Positions 46,558 through 55,356 of a DNA stretch of 64,000 nt are shown piece after piece (the first letter of the stretch is position 1; each line of letters opens with the position of its first letter). Under the pieces are notes generated by a model. It worked only from the letters and a program-made list of their open reading frames with translations, was not told the origin of the DNA and did no database searches. A program made the translations under genes and the position numbers. This stretch comes from Methanobacteriota archaeon (GTDB lineage: Archaea > Thermoplasmatota > Poseidoniia > Poseidoniales > Poseidoniaceae). The stretch lies in the NCBI GenBank assembly GCA_002722695.1, contig PBMS01000029.1:5724-69723 (forward strand), read 5' to 3'.

Positions 46558-49500
46558 TGAACCCCCTCCTCACCATTCCAAAATGAACCCAGGTATTTGT
46601 CGGCGTATTCAGTGTACCCGTTTCCTCCATGAGGCGTGGGGGTAAACTCTCCGAAAACCGCCCCTCTGCTGGTGGCGAACATGTCGATTCGCATGTACAT
46701 TCCTAGAGCGGCTCCTATGGTCCGCACGGATTCAATCATTTCTTGCCAACAATCTGGCCTCTGAATTGGATCTTGACCTTGATCCCTTTTTTCCATGATC
46801 TTCCCTGGCATCAACTTGAAATTTTCATCGTAATATTGATGTTCATTGAGGCTTTTGTTAACTTCAGATTTTCTCAAAGCCACATGCACCATCGCAATTT
46901 CTTCACCAAAGCAATAGAATTTGAAGTCCCGGGGTAAACCGTCGCTGAGTTGTTTAGGTTCTGGTTCAAGCAGTTCTTCAATCATGATTATTGGTTGATT
47001 TTGACGAATAAACTCATCCTCTGATAGTGCACGAACCAAATGCTCTCTTGTATACGCTTGGTGAGTCAAAATATCCATACCGTCCTTCATGCAATAGACA
47101 TTGTTTGAGTTCCACCCCTTTTCCGGCTTAATGACAAAGTTACGGGGCAATTGTGCCAGTTCAGGTATGTCTTGGCATTCCTTGCCCTCCCAATACAAGA
47201 CTGGGACCTTCAACCCCAAATCCTCCACGAAACTTCGCCCGGCAAGTTTCGGGGATAGTTTCTTTTGCCAAACTGGTTTTTTTGCCTTCCACCAATCGTG
47301 GTTTCGTTTCCTTATCATCTCTGAAAAAAGGGGCATGCCCGTTTCCCAAACATGATGTTTAGATTTCATCGCATCCGGAACCTCGAAAGGACGAATAGAC
47401 AACCTTCGAGGTAGGTAAGGTGAGGCGATTCCGGATTTGATTTTTTTGTGCCATAATCGGAACGAGCAGTGATGATTCAATCTGTGTCCGGACACAGAAC
47501 GCCAAGAAATGTGGAACGGCCCTCCACCTGTCAACGAACTGTTATGCAGCATCATGAACATTGAAGGTACGCTCATTCGTAATCGTCGCTCGTTTCCATA
47601 ATACGCCTCTATACGCTCAATGTACTCCGTATCTGCACCAACCCGAAGAGAATCAAAATATCCGATTTCGTCCACAACCTCCCTCCGTATGAGTAGGGAA
47701 ATACACGCCATTCTCAGAGCCCCAATTCCCCTGAATTCGACATCAGAGTTTTCGTCGATTCTGAAATAATCGTGAGTAATTCCTACCGCCTCAGGGTTTG
47801 AGCTCAGTGAATCAACCTGCATCTCAATACGTTGTGCATGACAGTAATCGTCGCTGTCCATGAAACCTATGAACGTCCCATTTGCTTGTGATATTCCGAA
47901 ATTTTTTGCGAGATATGTCCCCCCGTTTTCATTCATTTGAAACACGCGAATTCGGTCATCGGTTTGCTTCAATGTTTGAAGATACGTAAAATTATCATCA
48001 GGTGAACAGTCATCGACAATCAACAGCTCAACATTTCGGTATGTTTGATTGAGAATCGAAGCTATCGCTGAATCCAACAATGGATCTCGTTTGTACGTAG
48101 TCATGATAATGGACACAAGACGGTCATCGTCCACGAACTTGCTCACATCTGTGGAAAGATATCGCGGCGTTATGGCGTTGACTGGTGATGTGGATGTCAC
48201 CGGAGCGAGGCCATGTAATTCCAGCATGTTGTTGATGTGCTTAATTTGCATTTGGGCTTGTCCTGCATTTTTTTCGATTTGAGAGGCAGTGATGTACACA
48301 TCGTTGGATTCTGGCCAGCGGACCAAGCATTTTGATATGGTATTGCGTGCTGTTTGATGATTTCCCAGCCAGGAGTTCACCAAGGCAAAATAGAGTTGAC
48401 TTCGCTGATTGTTTGGGTGATGGTTTAAGCAGGTTTGAACAATTTCCAATGCCAAATCAAAGTCCTTCAAAACGCTCAAAACAAAATTTAATCGGGCAAA
48501 TTGATGATTTAGGTTATTTGGAAATTCTTTAGTTGCCTTCGTAATTTCAAACGAATACTTTTCTTCGGACCATATTTTAATTCCACATTTCAGCCTTCGC
48601 TGCAATGCCGATTGATGATTTTTGTTGATTTCCAACACCCGCTCAAACATGCGGATTGCGTCTTCCAACTTCCCCATGGACTCGAGAGCTATGCCTTTAC
48701 GCATCAAAAAAGAGATGCTCTCCGAATGTGAGGCTAAAGCGCCATCAAGTATGTCAAGCGCACTCGCCGCATCCCCTTCCTCCAGCATTCTCGCTGCCAT
48801 TAAATCGGTTTCAAGCAAAGTGCCTTCGATGAGTCCCAGGAGGTGTTCCGCTTCCTCCTTTTGACCTAATTCACATAACTTTAGATACGAATTACGTATT
48901 GTTGCCTTTGCGTCGACACCAAGCTCAACCAACCGTTTGCTTGCAAGTAAGATGTCCTGGACTGAACCATGGTTGATTGCAGCGTTAGCAAATCTCCGCA
49001 GGTGATACAATTTTACCTCGCCCAATTCATTGAGTCGATGGTAAGCGTCCAAAGCAAGCTGAGGCGTTTTCGTTCGATACCCAATTTCAGTCAAAATCTC
49101 CAACATCTGTAGGTCGTTTGGATCTTCCTGAAGGACCACAGAGGCAATTTGTGCTGATTCATCAAATCGTTTTGCGTGTTTCAGCCGCTTTGCCAGCGAA
49201 CGTTTTTTGGAAAGTTCACCGTCGATTTTTCCAAGATAATTCACCCATAAATTATGAGCCATTTCTATCTGCCCGAGGGATTCACACACCTGTCGCGCAA
49301 ACATCAACGTCGACTCGTTCACAACCTCTCGAGACATTAGCGAGTTGAGGAGTTCAATTCCTCCCTCAACATCTCCAGATTCAAAATGTTCTTTTGCTTG
49401 GACAAAGATAGGAAAGGGGATGTCCATGTCCCAGTTCGATTGGAGAAAAAAAGCCCTGCATGATTGCTCATGCCAAAATGTCTCAAACATCCTCGAGAGC

Positions 49501-49850
49501 AATTCTTCATCGGTGGATGTCCAAGTGATTCGGGAGGCAGCGCGCATCACGATTGAGCAATCGCCGCTTATGCATCCTGCGTGTATCAGACGTCGAAGAT
49601 ATTCTGGCTTTGGGTTAGAGGCGATGGCTCGTTGCATGAGGACGACGGCTTCTCCATGGCGAGCTGTGTTCATGAACAACCTCGAAAGGACATCTAACGC
49701 CCACAAATCGTTCGCATTATCACTGAGCATTGCCTCGAGGAAAGGCTCTGCCTCGTCGTAATTTTTGCTGTTGTAGTGGCGTCGTGCCTCGTCCTTGTTT
49801 GAGGTGGTGTTTTTCTTGAACGGCCACCTCATGAACAAATGGTCCTGCAT
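46554..49850 (-). CDS. TPR repeats + GT2 (KfiC/PmHS GlcA-transferase-like) + TupA-like ATP-grasp fusion protein
   Basis: Helical TPR N-terminal half. GT2 has LVSIIMT, VDDCSPD, NGGTYLAKNFGI and DSDDYCHAQRIE. ATP-grasp has FVIKP, IEELL, DFKFYCFG, MRIDMF and VFGEFTPTP. Confidence 0.88.
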   Translation of the reverse strand: MQDHLFMRWPFKKNTTSNKDEARRHYNSKNYDEAEPFLEAMLSDNANDLWALDVLSRLFMNTARHGEAVVLMQRAIASNPKPEYLRRLIHAGCISGDCSIVMRAASRITWTSTDEELLSRMFETFWHEQSCRAFFLQSNWDMDIPFPIFVQAKEHFESGDVEGGIELLNSLMSREVVNESTLMFARQVCESLGQIEMAHNLWVNYLGKIDGELSKKRSLAKRLKHAKRFDESAQIASVVLQEDPNDLQMLEILTEIGYRTKTPQLALDAYHRLNELGEVKLYHLRRFANAAINHGSVQDILLASKRLVELGVDAKATIRNSYLKLCELGQKEEAEHLLGLIEGTLLETDLMAARMLEEGDAASALDILDGALASHSESISFLMRKGIALESMGKLEDAIRMFERVLEINKNHQSALQRRLKCGIKIWSEEKYSFEITKATKEFPNNLNHQFARLNFVLSVLKDFDLALEIVQTCLNHHPNNQRSQLYFALVNSWLGNHQTARNTISKCLVRWPESNDVYITASQIEKNAGQAQMQIKHINNMLELHGLAPVTSTSPVNAITPRYLSTDVSKFVDDDRLVSIIMTTYKRDPLLDSAIASILNQTYRNVELLIVDDCSPDDNFTYLQTLKQTDDRIRVFQMNENGGTYLAKNFGISQANGTFIGFMDSDDYCHAQRIEMQVDSLSSNPEAVGITHDYFRIDENSDVEFRGIGALRMACISLLIRREVVDEIGYFDSLRVGADTEYIERIEAYYGNERRLRMSVPSMFMMLHNSSLTGGGPFHISWRSVSGHRLNHHCSFRLWHKKIKSGIASPYLPRRLSIRPFEVPDAMKSKHHVWETGMPLFSEMIRKRNHDWWKAKKPVWQKKLSPKLAGRSFVEDLGLKVPVLYWEGKECQDIPELAQLPRNFVIKPEKGWNSNNVYCMKDGMDILTHQAYTREHLVRALSEDEFIRQNQPIIMIEELLEPEPKQLSDGLPRDFKFYCFGEEIAMVHVALRKSEVNKSLNEHQYYDENFKLMPGKIMEKRDQGQDPIQRPDCWQEMIESVRTIGAALGMYMRIDMFATSRGAVFGEFTPTPHGGNGYTEYADKYLGSFWNGEEGVQ

Positions 49851-50053
49851 TGGGGTTATGGAGATGTTGTATTAATTTCAATCTGAAGGTCGTTTCCAAA
49901 GCCATCAGACCGGTCCCGAATCTTCTGCAATGATATGCGGAATTATGAACACGAACCCCTGTATATCTGCGGATTTCGATAGCACCATGCAATGGGTAGG
50001 AACTCTGGCATGGACAAGCGAAAAATGATGAACAGGTTGCGATTACGGATAGC

Positions 50054-51013
50054 ATGCCAACTCTCTTGATCACTGGGGGTGCAGGTTTCATAGGTGGGCG
50101 CACCGCTTCACTGGCAATTGAACAGGGGTGGAGAGTGAGGGTTCTGGACAACCTTTCCACTGGTTTGCAATCCACTTGCACGAGGTTGAAAAATCAAGGT
50201 GCAGATGTGTTGGTCGGTGATATACGAGACCCAAAAATGGTTGATTCTGCCGTGAGAGGCTGTGACGCTGTGGTTCACCTTGCAGCACAGGTTTCTGTTC
50301 CGTATTCGGTCGACCACTCAGACGAAAATTACGCAATCAATGTGGGAGGTACCGCTTGCCTTCTGAAAGCATGTCGAGACAACGATGTCTCACGCTTTAT
50401 CATGGCGTCAAGTGCTGCGGTTTATGGATCGTGCGAGACTCTCCCGCTCAGAGAAGAAGATGCTGGGGCCTTTCAATCCCCCTACGCAGAATCGAAACAC
50501 ATCAATGAAGACATGATGAAAGAAGCGAGGCAGAAAGGTATGGAAACAATAGCCCTGCGTTTTTTCAACGTGTATGGGACAGGGCAAAGAACGGACGGGG
50601 CCTATGCGGCAGTTGTTCCGAAATTCATTGAACTAGCAACACAAGGAAACGCGCCAATGATTTATGGGGACGGCCATCAAACACGAGATTTCATCCATGT
50701 TGATGACGTTGTTAACGCCGTTTTGATGTTGGCAAGAGAGAAATGGAATCCTGCTTACGCTCCTGTATACAACCTATCAACAGGTATTGAGGTCTCCCTC
50801 CTGCAGCTCATCAAAAAAATCCAAGGTGTGTTAAGTGAAATCTCACCAACCACAAATCGACCTGCTCCGGTACACACCGACGGCCGCACTGGCGATATCC
50901 TTCGGTCGGTAGGTTCGAGTGCTCGAATTCAAAAGGACACCGCATGGAGACCTAGTATCTCCCTGGAGAGTGGAATACGGCGTCAAATAGAGGACGCTCT
51001 CAACCGAACGTGA
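50054..51013 (+). CDS. NAD-dependent nucleotide-sugar epimerase (GalE/WbpP-like extended SDR)
   Basis: ITGGAGFIG, LDNLSTG, HLAAQVSVP, ASSAAVYG, SPYAESK, LRFFNVYG and GDGHQTRDFIHV. Confidence 0.92.
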   Translation: MPTLLITGGAGFIGGRTASLAIEQGWRVRVLDNLSTGLQSTCTRLKNQGADVLVGDIRDPKMVDSAVRGCDAVVHLAAQVSVPYSVDHSDENYAINVGGTACLLKACRDNDVSRFIMASSAAVYGSCETLPLREEDAGAFQSPYAESKHINEDMMKEARQKGMETIALRFFNVYGTGQRTDGAYAAVVPKFIELATQGNAPMIYGDGHQTRDFIHVDDVVNAVLMLAREKWNPAYAPVYNLSTGIEVSLLQLIKKIQGVLSEISPTTNRPAPVHTDGRTGDILRSVGSSARIQKDTAWRPSISLESGIRRQIEDALNRT

Positions 51014-52116
51014 GCGTCATGGAATTGCTCTGGTTCACTGGACGCTCAATGAGCGATCTATGCTCATGCACTCAACGCGCTTTAATCGCTGGATTGTTGA
51101 AAAATGATGTGCTGATCACCTACGTCAATTCAGACGCAAGCGTGAACATTGAAAATCAAGCGTTCACCCACGTCGGCTTAACTCACCGTGCACGTCTCGG
51201 TTTCAAGGCACGCACGCTCGGGAAAATGATGGCGTTTTGGCTGTCGTCAACCGATGTAAGCGACCGCGCTGTGGCGTTGGTTGAGTGGCGCATTGCTCAG
51301 CACATTGTTCCTGTCCTCTCGGACAAAGGTATCCCATGGGCCTTGATGGACCGCAGCCCACCGGCAGATCCTGGTTTGTTGGGTCGTTTGCAGTGGAGGT
51401 CGTGGTCGCAAGCGTGGAAACTGGCCAAACGTGTGGATGCTCCTGGATTGGTTGTTTCTGCCGCACATCAGGCCTTTGTTGCGCAGAAAACCGGACATCA
51501 GCGAGCCACGGTGATTCAGGCCGGTGTGGATCTGAACCGATTCGAACCTGCGGAAAAGCAATCCACGTTCACGATGGTCTACCACGGGAGATTGGACCGG
51601 CACCGTGGATTGTTGGCGTGCGCAATGTTGGCCCAAAAAGCACGGAGTGAAGGTCTTGAGGTGGACATGATGTTCATCGGTGAGGGGGATCTTCTCCCTG
51701 CTTTGGAACGATTGGCGGACGCGAACGATTTCATTCATGTTCACAAACCGATGAAGCAAGAAGAGTTGGCACCGCTGCTCGGATCGTGTCATCTCGGCTT
51801 GTTGCCCATGCCAAAACGGACGGCCTGGATGCTGGCCAGTCCGCTCAAACGCAGTGAATTCCTTGCGTCAGGACTGCCTGTGTTTGGCATCGATCATCAA
51901 GGTCACAGGCTCGCCGGTGTGGAAAGCGATTGGTTTACGTTGGCTCCCCAGGAGGATTTTCATGCAGACGGTCTGGAGGTTTTGCGCCGCCACATGGGCA
52001 CGGAACGCCAACACTCTGCCGCGGCACGAACGTACGCAGAGAGCAACCTTGGCTGGTCGATTTCGGTCGAGGCGTTGATGGGCGTGTTGGACGATTTGCA
52101 TCACAGCGAATCGTAA
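51010..52116 (+). CDS. GT4-family glycosyltransferase
   Basis: GVDLNRF, YHGRLDRHRG, FIGEG, SPLKRSEFLASGLPV. Confidence 0.85.
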   Translation: MSVMELLWFTGRSMSDLCSCTQRALIAGLLKNDVLITYVNSDASVNIENQAFTHVGLTHRARLGFKARTLGKMMAFWLSSTDVSDRAVALVEWRIAQHIVPVLSDKGIPWALMDRSPPADPGLLGRLQWRSWSQAWKLAKRVDAPGLVVSAAHQAFVAQKTGHQRATVIQAGVDLNRFEPAEKQSTFTMVYHGRLDRHRGLLACAMLAQKARSEGLEVDMMFIGEGDLLPALERLADANDFIHVHKPMKQEELAPLLGSCHLGLLPMPKRTAWMLASPLKRSEFLASGLPVFGIDHQGHRLAGVESDWFTLAPQEDFHADGLEVLRRHMGTERQHSAAARTYAESNLGWSISVEALMGVLDDLHHSES

Positions 52117-53084
52117 ACCAGTGCCCACTGTTTTTGCACCTCATCAACGGCGTGAGACGCCACAGAATCAGCAAGTTCACCGGTCGAACCTGGTCGTTCA
52201 AGCAGAGCGGCCAAGGTTGAAACCCATGCTTCGACGTCATCGTGAGGTGCATAAGCCACCGCATCGGGCAGACCCGCCACCCGGTCGCTCACGCAAACGG
52301 GTAGATCAGCGGAAAGGGCTTCAAGCGCCACCATGGGTTGGCCTTCGTAGGCAGACGGGACGAGGAGAACGCTCGCACGTGCGAGCAGTGAGGCTTTTTG
52401 TTCGTTTGAAACCCAACCAGGAGAATTGATCCAAGGGCGGTTCTCCTCGCCCCAACCCGTCATCGTGAGGCGAAGGGATGGATGGGACTGACGCAATCGT
52501 TCTGCCACTTCGATCGCAAAGGCATGACCCTTGACAGGGTCGTTGCGTCCCAAGAGGAGAAGATGGTGTTCGTCTCGTGCATGCGCTGGATGAGCCGATG
52601 ACGGCGGGAGTGGGTTGACGATGGCGGTCAACGGGCCAATGCGAGGTTCAAGTCGCTGCCGCCACACCTCAGAAAGGACAACCGGTTGAATGCCAGCAGA
52701 GGTCAGGATTGTCCTCACGGTCTCGACCCGACGTGCACCCCCTGCATCGAGCCACGCATCGAACCGACCCGAGTGAAGGTGAACGACCACGGCGACACCC
52801 TCCCGTCTGGCTACCGCAATCAGACGCGCTTTGCGACGCCATGACCAATCGGCAGCGACGTGAACATGCACCACATCGGGTCGTTGTGGTGCATCTGTGC
52901 AGCGGCGGTTCAGTTCGCGGCGCGCGCGCCGATAAGCGCACCATTTTGCCCACAGGCCACCGTCGCTGTGCGAGGACAAGAGCGTGGCTTCCCACCCTTC
53001 TGGAGGGTGGTCGGCGAGGGTTCGCATGACGGTGGCCATGCCCCCAGGGCTGTCGCATGGTCCGACGTGAAGCACCCTGCGCAT
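52101..53084 (-). CDS. GT4-family glycosyltransferase
   Basis: GGMATV, HLHSG, GRNDPVKG, PSAYEGQPMVALEAL. Confidence 0.87.
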   Translation of the reverse strand: MRRVLHVGPCDSPGGMATVMRTLADHPPEGWEATLLSSHSDGGLWAKWCAYRRARRELNRRCTDAPQRPDVVHVHVAADWSWRRKARLIAVARREGVAVVVHLHSGRFDAWLDAGGARRVETVRTILTSAGIQPVVLSEVWRQRLEPRIGPLTAIVNPLPPSSAHPAHARDEHHLLLLGRNDPVKGHAFAIEVAERLRQSHPSLRLTMTGWGEENRPWINSPGWVSNEQKASLLARASVLLVPSAYEGQPMVALEALSADLPVCVSDRVAGLPDAVAYAPHDDVEAWVSTLAALLERPGSTGELADSVASHAVDEVQKQWALVYDSL

Positions 53085-53178
53085 GGCTCATCCACCACCT
53101 TCGCCGTCATGAAGTGGTTGGCAAAACCGCTTGGTCGCACCTCTGAATGGAGGAGAACCTAAGGGGAAGCGATGTCGG

Positions 53179-54414
53179 ATGGAGGCCATGGTCGTGGTCC
53201 CTGCCGCCATCGAGGGGGTCGCTCTTGCTGTCGCCGCCGTACCGTTCCTGCAACACCGATGGGACATGCATCGCTGGGAACGCGATCATCAAACCGGATA
53301 CGGACCGAAAGGAGAAGGTCATGTTGAACCGCTGACGGTGCTGCTGCCCGTGTGGAACGAAGCCGTGGTGATCGATGAGAAACTGGCCAACCTCGCCGCT
53401 CAAAACCTCAGTTTCAACCTCCTCATCGTCGACTCGGCATCCACCGACCAAACGGTCGGTCGAGCGCAAGTCTGGCTTGAAAAGCATCCGGATGCGTTTG
53501 CGTCTGCGGAATTCATTGAGATGTCGGAACGAAAAGGGAAAACAGCAGCGGTGATTCAGGCCCTCAAACACATCGGGACGACCGCTAAGGGTCTGGTGTG
53601 CATGACCGATGCCGATGCCATGATGGAACCGGGTGTTCTCCAGCGGATGATGCAGTGGTTTGCCGACCCCATCGTCGGGGCCGTTGGCGCGGTCCCCAAG
53701 CGCTTGGAAGCACGGCGGGAGGAGCGCCTTCACCGTTCAGCTTGGGAAGCCATGCGGGTGGCTGAGTCCTGTGTGGACAGCACCCCGTTTTTGGAAGGTT
53801 CCTGCATGATGTGGCGCCCGTCATGTCTGGCGATTGAAGATCTCCACCCAACGGCCAACGCTGACGATGCACAAATTGCGACGTCCATCCGCTGCCGTGG
53901 ATGGCGAACACTGACCGACCCTCTGGCCACCTTCACCGACGCTGCACCCACATCCGGGAAAAGTCAACGTCGGCAGAAAGTGCGACGTGCACAGGGGCTC
54001 CAACGGTTGCTTGTCCGTGAACGAAAACGAGCAACAGCGAAAGGGCAAGGCGTATTTGGACGCATTTTTTGGCGTCAGCATCACTTTCACATCACGGCGC
54101 CTTTGGCGTTGACCGTCGCCCTCATCAGCGCCGTTCTTCGATGGGGGTTCATTGCACTGTACGGATGGCCGGCAACGTTCACGCTTGCCAACAGTGTTCA
54201 TCTCGGGTTCTGCATGTTGGAGGCTGCCTGCACGATGCTGTGGTGGCGGGGCCGTCAAGGCAAATCAAACGGCCCGCTGTCTCTGCCCGGCCAGTGGCTG
54301 GCCAGCATGGAGATACTCGGGCGCTCGTTGATCACGACTGCAACCGGACGTTCCCTTCACATGTGGGAACAGCACACCGACGTGCGTGAACGGTTGATGA
54401 GTTTAGAAGATTGA
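53179..54414 (+). CDS. membrane-bound GT2 glycosyltransferase (CESA-like)
   Basis: LPVWNE, VDSASTD, GKTAA, TDAD, ADD and QKVRRAQG, with C-terminal TM helices. Confidence 0.85.
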   Translation: MEAMVVVPAAIEGVALAVAAVPFLQHRWDMHRWERDHQTGYGPKGEGHVEPLTVLLPVWNEAVVIDEKLANLAAQNLSFNLLIVDSASTDQTVGRAQVWLEKHPDAFASAEFIEMSERKGKTAAVIQALKHIGTTAKGLVCMTDADAMMEPGVLQRMMQWFADPIVGAVGAVPKRLEARREERLHRSAWEAMRVAESCVDSTPFLEGSCMMWRPSCLAIEDLHPTANADDAQIATSIRCRGWRTLTDPLATFTDAAPTSGKSQRRQKVRRAQGLQRLLVRERKRATAKGQGVFGRIFWRQHHFHITAPLALTVALISAVLRWGFIALYGWPATFTLANSVHLGFCMLEAACTMLWWRGRQGKSNGPLSLPGQWLASMEILGRSLITTATGRSLHMWEQHTDVRERLMSLED

Positions 54415-54424
54415 AGAAAAGGCC

Positions 54425-54450
54425 CCTCCGGCGGCCTTGGCCGCCGGAGG
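54425..54450 (-). terminator. GC-rich hairpin between the convergent GT2 and pilin genes, probable terminator or 3' stabiliser of the pilin transcript
   Basis: Perfect 12-bp inverted repeat CCTCCGGCGGCC-TT-GGCCGCCGGAGG. On the minus strand it is followed by GGCCTTTTCTTC. Confidence 0.65.
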
Positions 54451-54501
54451 CGCGTTGTACAGGTGTGAAACCTGGATGGTGTGGCTACTCAGCGATCGAG
54501 A

Positions 54502-55005
54502 TCACTCAGCAACGACGTCGTTGGTGGTGTCGATGACCTTGCCTTCACGGGTGTCCGTGATGGTGACGTCGATGAGACAGCTGCCTCCGCAGAGATTCTG
54601 TCCGTTCTCGACGACGGTCACGCCGTCACCAACTGACCAAACTTGGTCGTCCGTGTTACCAAACTCGACGAGGCTGCACACACCGGTGCCTTCAACGCCT
54701 GGGTTGTCGCAGGTGACTGGAGCTGCGTCGTCAATCGCGAGCTTCACTGAGACAGCAGCCCAGTTGATGTCGCCGCCTTGGTCCATGGTCAACATGATGA
54801 GGTTGTCAGCGGTGCCTGTACCTGGGGAACCTTGGGCGTCCTGTCCGCTCACGGCGTACAGGGCAAGGTTTCCGTCGGTGTTGCCTTCTGCGAGGGAGCT
54901 AGCCCACACGTACAGCACACCAGCCAGCACAACAGTGATCGCAACCATCAAGATGGTAGCGATAACAGGGCTGACAGCCTCTTCGTTTCGGTTTTCTTTT
55001 TGCAT
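54502..55005 (-). CDS. archaeal type IV pilin (class III signal peptide)
   Basis: RNEEA|VSPVIATILMVAITVVLAGVLYVW, then an acidic globular domain with four Cys. Confidence 0.92.
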   Translation of the reverse strand: MQKENRNEEAVSPVIATILMVAITVVLAGVLYVWASSLAEGNTDGNLALYAVSGQDAQGSPGTGTADNLIMLTMDQGGDINWAAVSVKLAIDDAAPVTCDNPGVEGTGVCSLVEFGNTDDQVWSVGDGVTVVENGQNLCGGSCLIDVTITDTREGKVIDTTNDVVAE

Positions 55006-55011
55006 ATTTTT

Positions 55012-55064
55012 GTCCTCCTTTCCCCGTTGGGGGTAGGCCTGCCTATGTCCATCCTCATATTAAA
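55012..55064 (-). promoter_or_regulatory. putative TATA box and Shine-Dalgarno site of the pilin gene
   Basis: Minus strand TTTAATAT at 55064-55057, and AAGGAGG at 55020-55014 just upstream of ATG 55005. Confidence 0.55.
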
Positions 55065-55356
55065 CCCATCTGCCTTTTTTCTTCGCCTCCGCGCGAGAAA
55101 CAGCGGTTTTTGGGAAAAAATGCCACTGTTACAAATCGGTGTTGAACGCGCCAGCGAGTGGTGCGAACGGTTTGTAAATACCAAAATACACCTGAAAATA
55201 TCTTGGCGTTGCTCACGCTGGTGTGAAGAAGATGGGTGAACAGGGTGAGAGAAAACGAGAGGGGATGGGATGCACTCAACGAGAACTTCAACAGCCCTGT
55301 TCAAGATTACGTAGATGAATCAAGTTTATAGGCGTTTTTGAGGAGAAAATCAACGA

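Noticed and set aside
54502..55005. Pilin as N-glycosylation target of the adjacent glycan locus
   Set aside because: The pilin has no N-x-S/T sequon, so adjacency alone gives no support.
55055..55291. 78-aa ORF in the pilin upstream spacer
   Set aside because: TTG start, no recognisable motif, and it overlaps the pilin TATA box. Not supported as a CDS.
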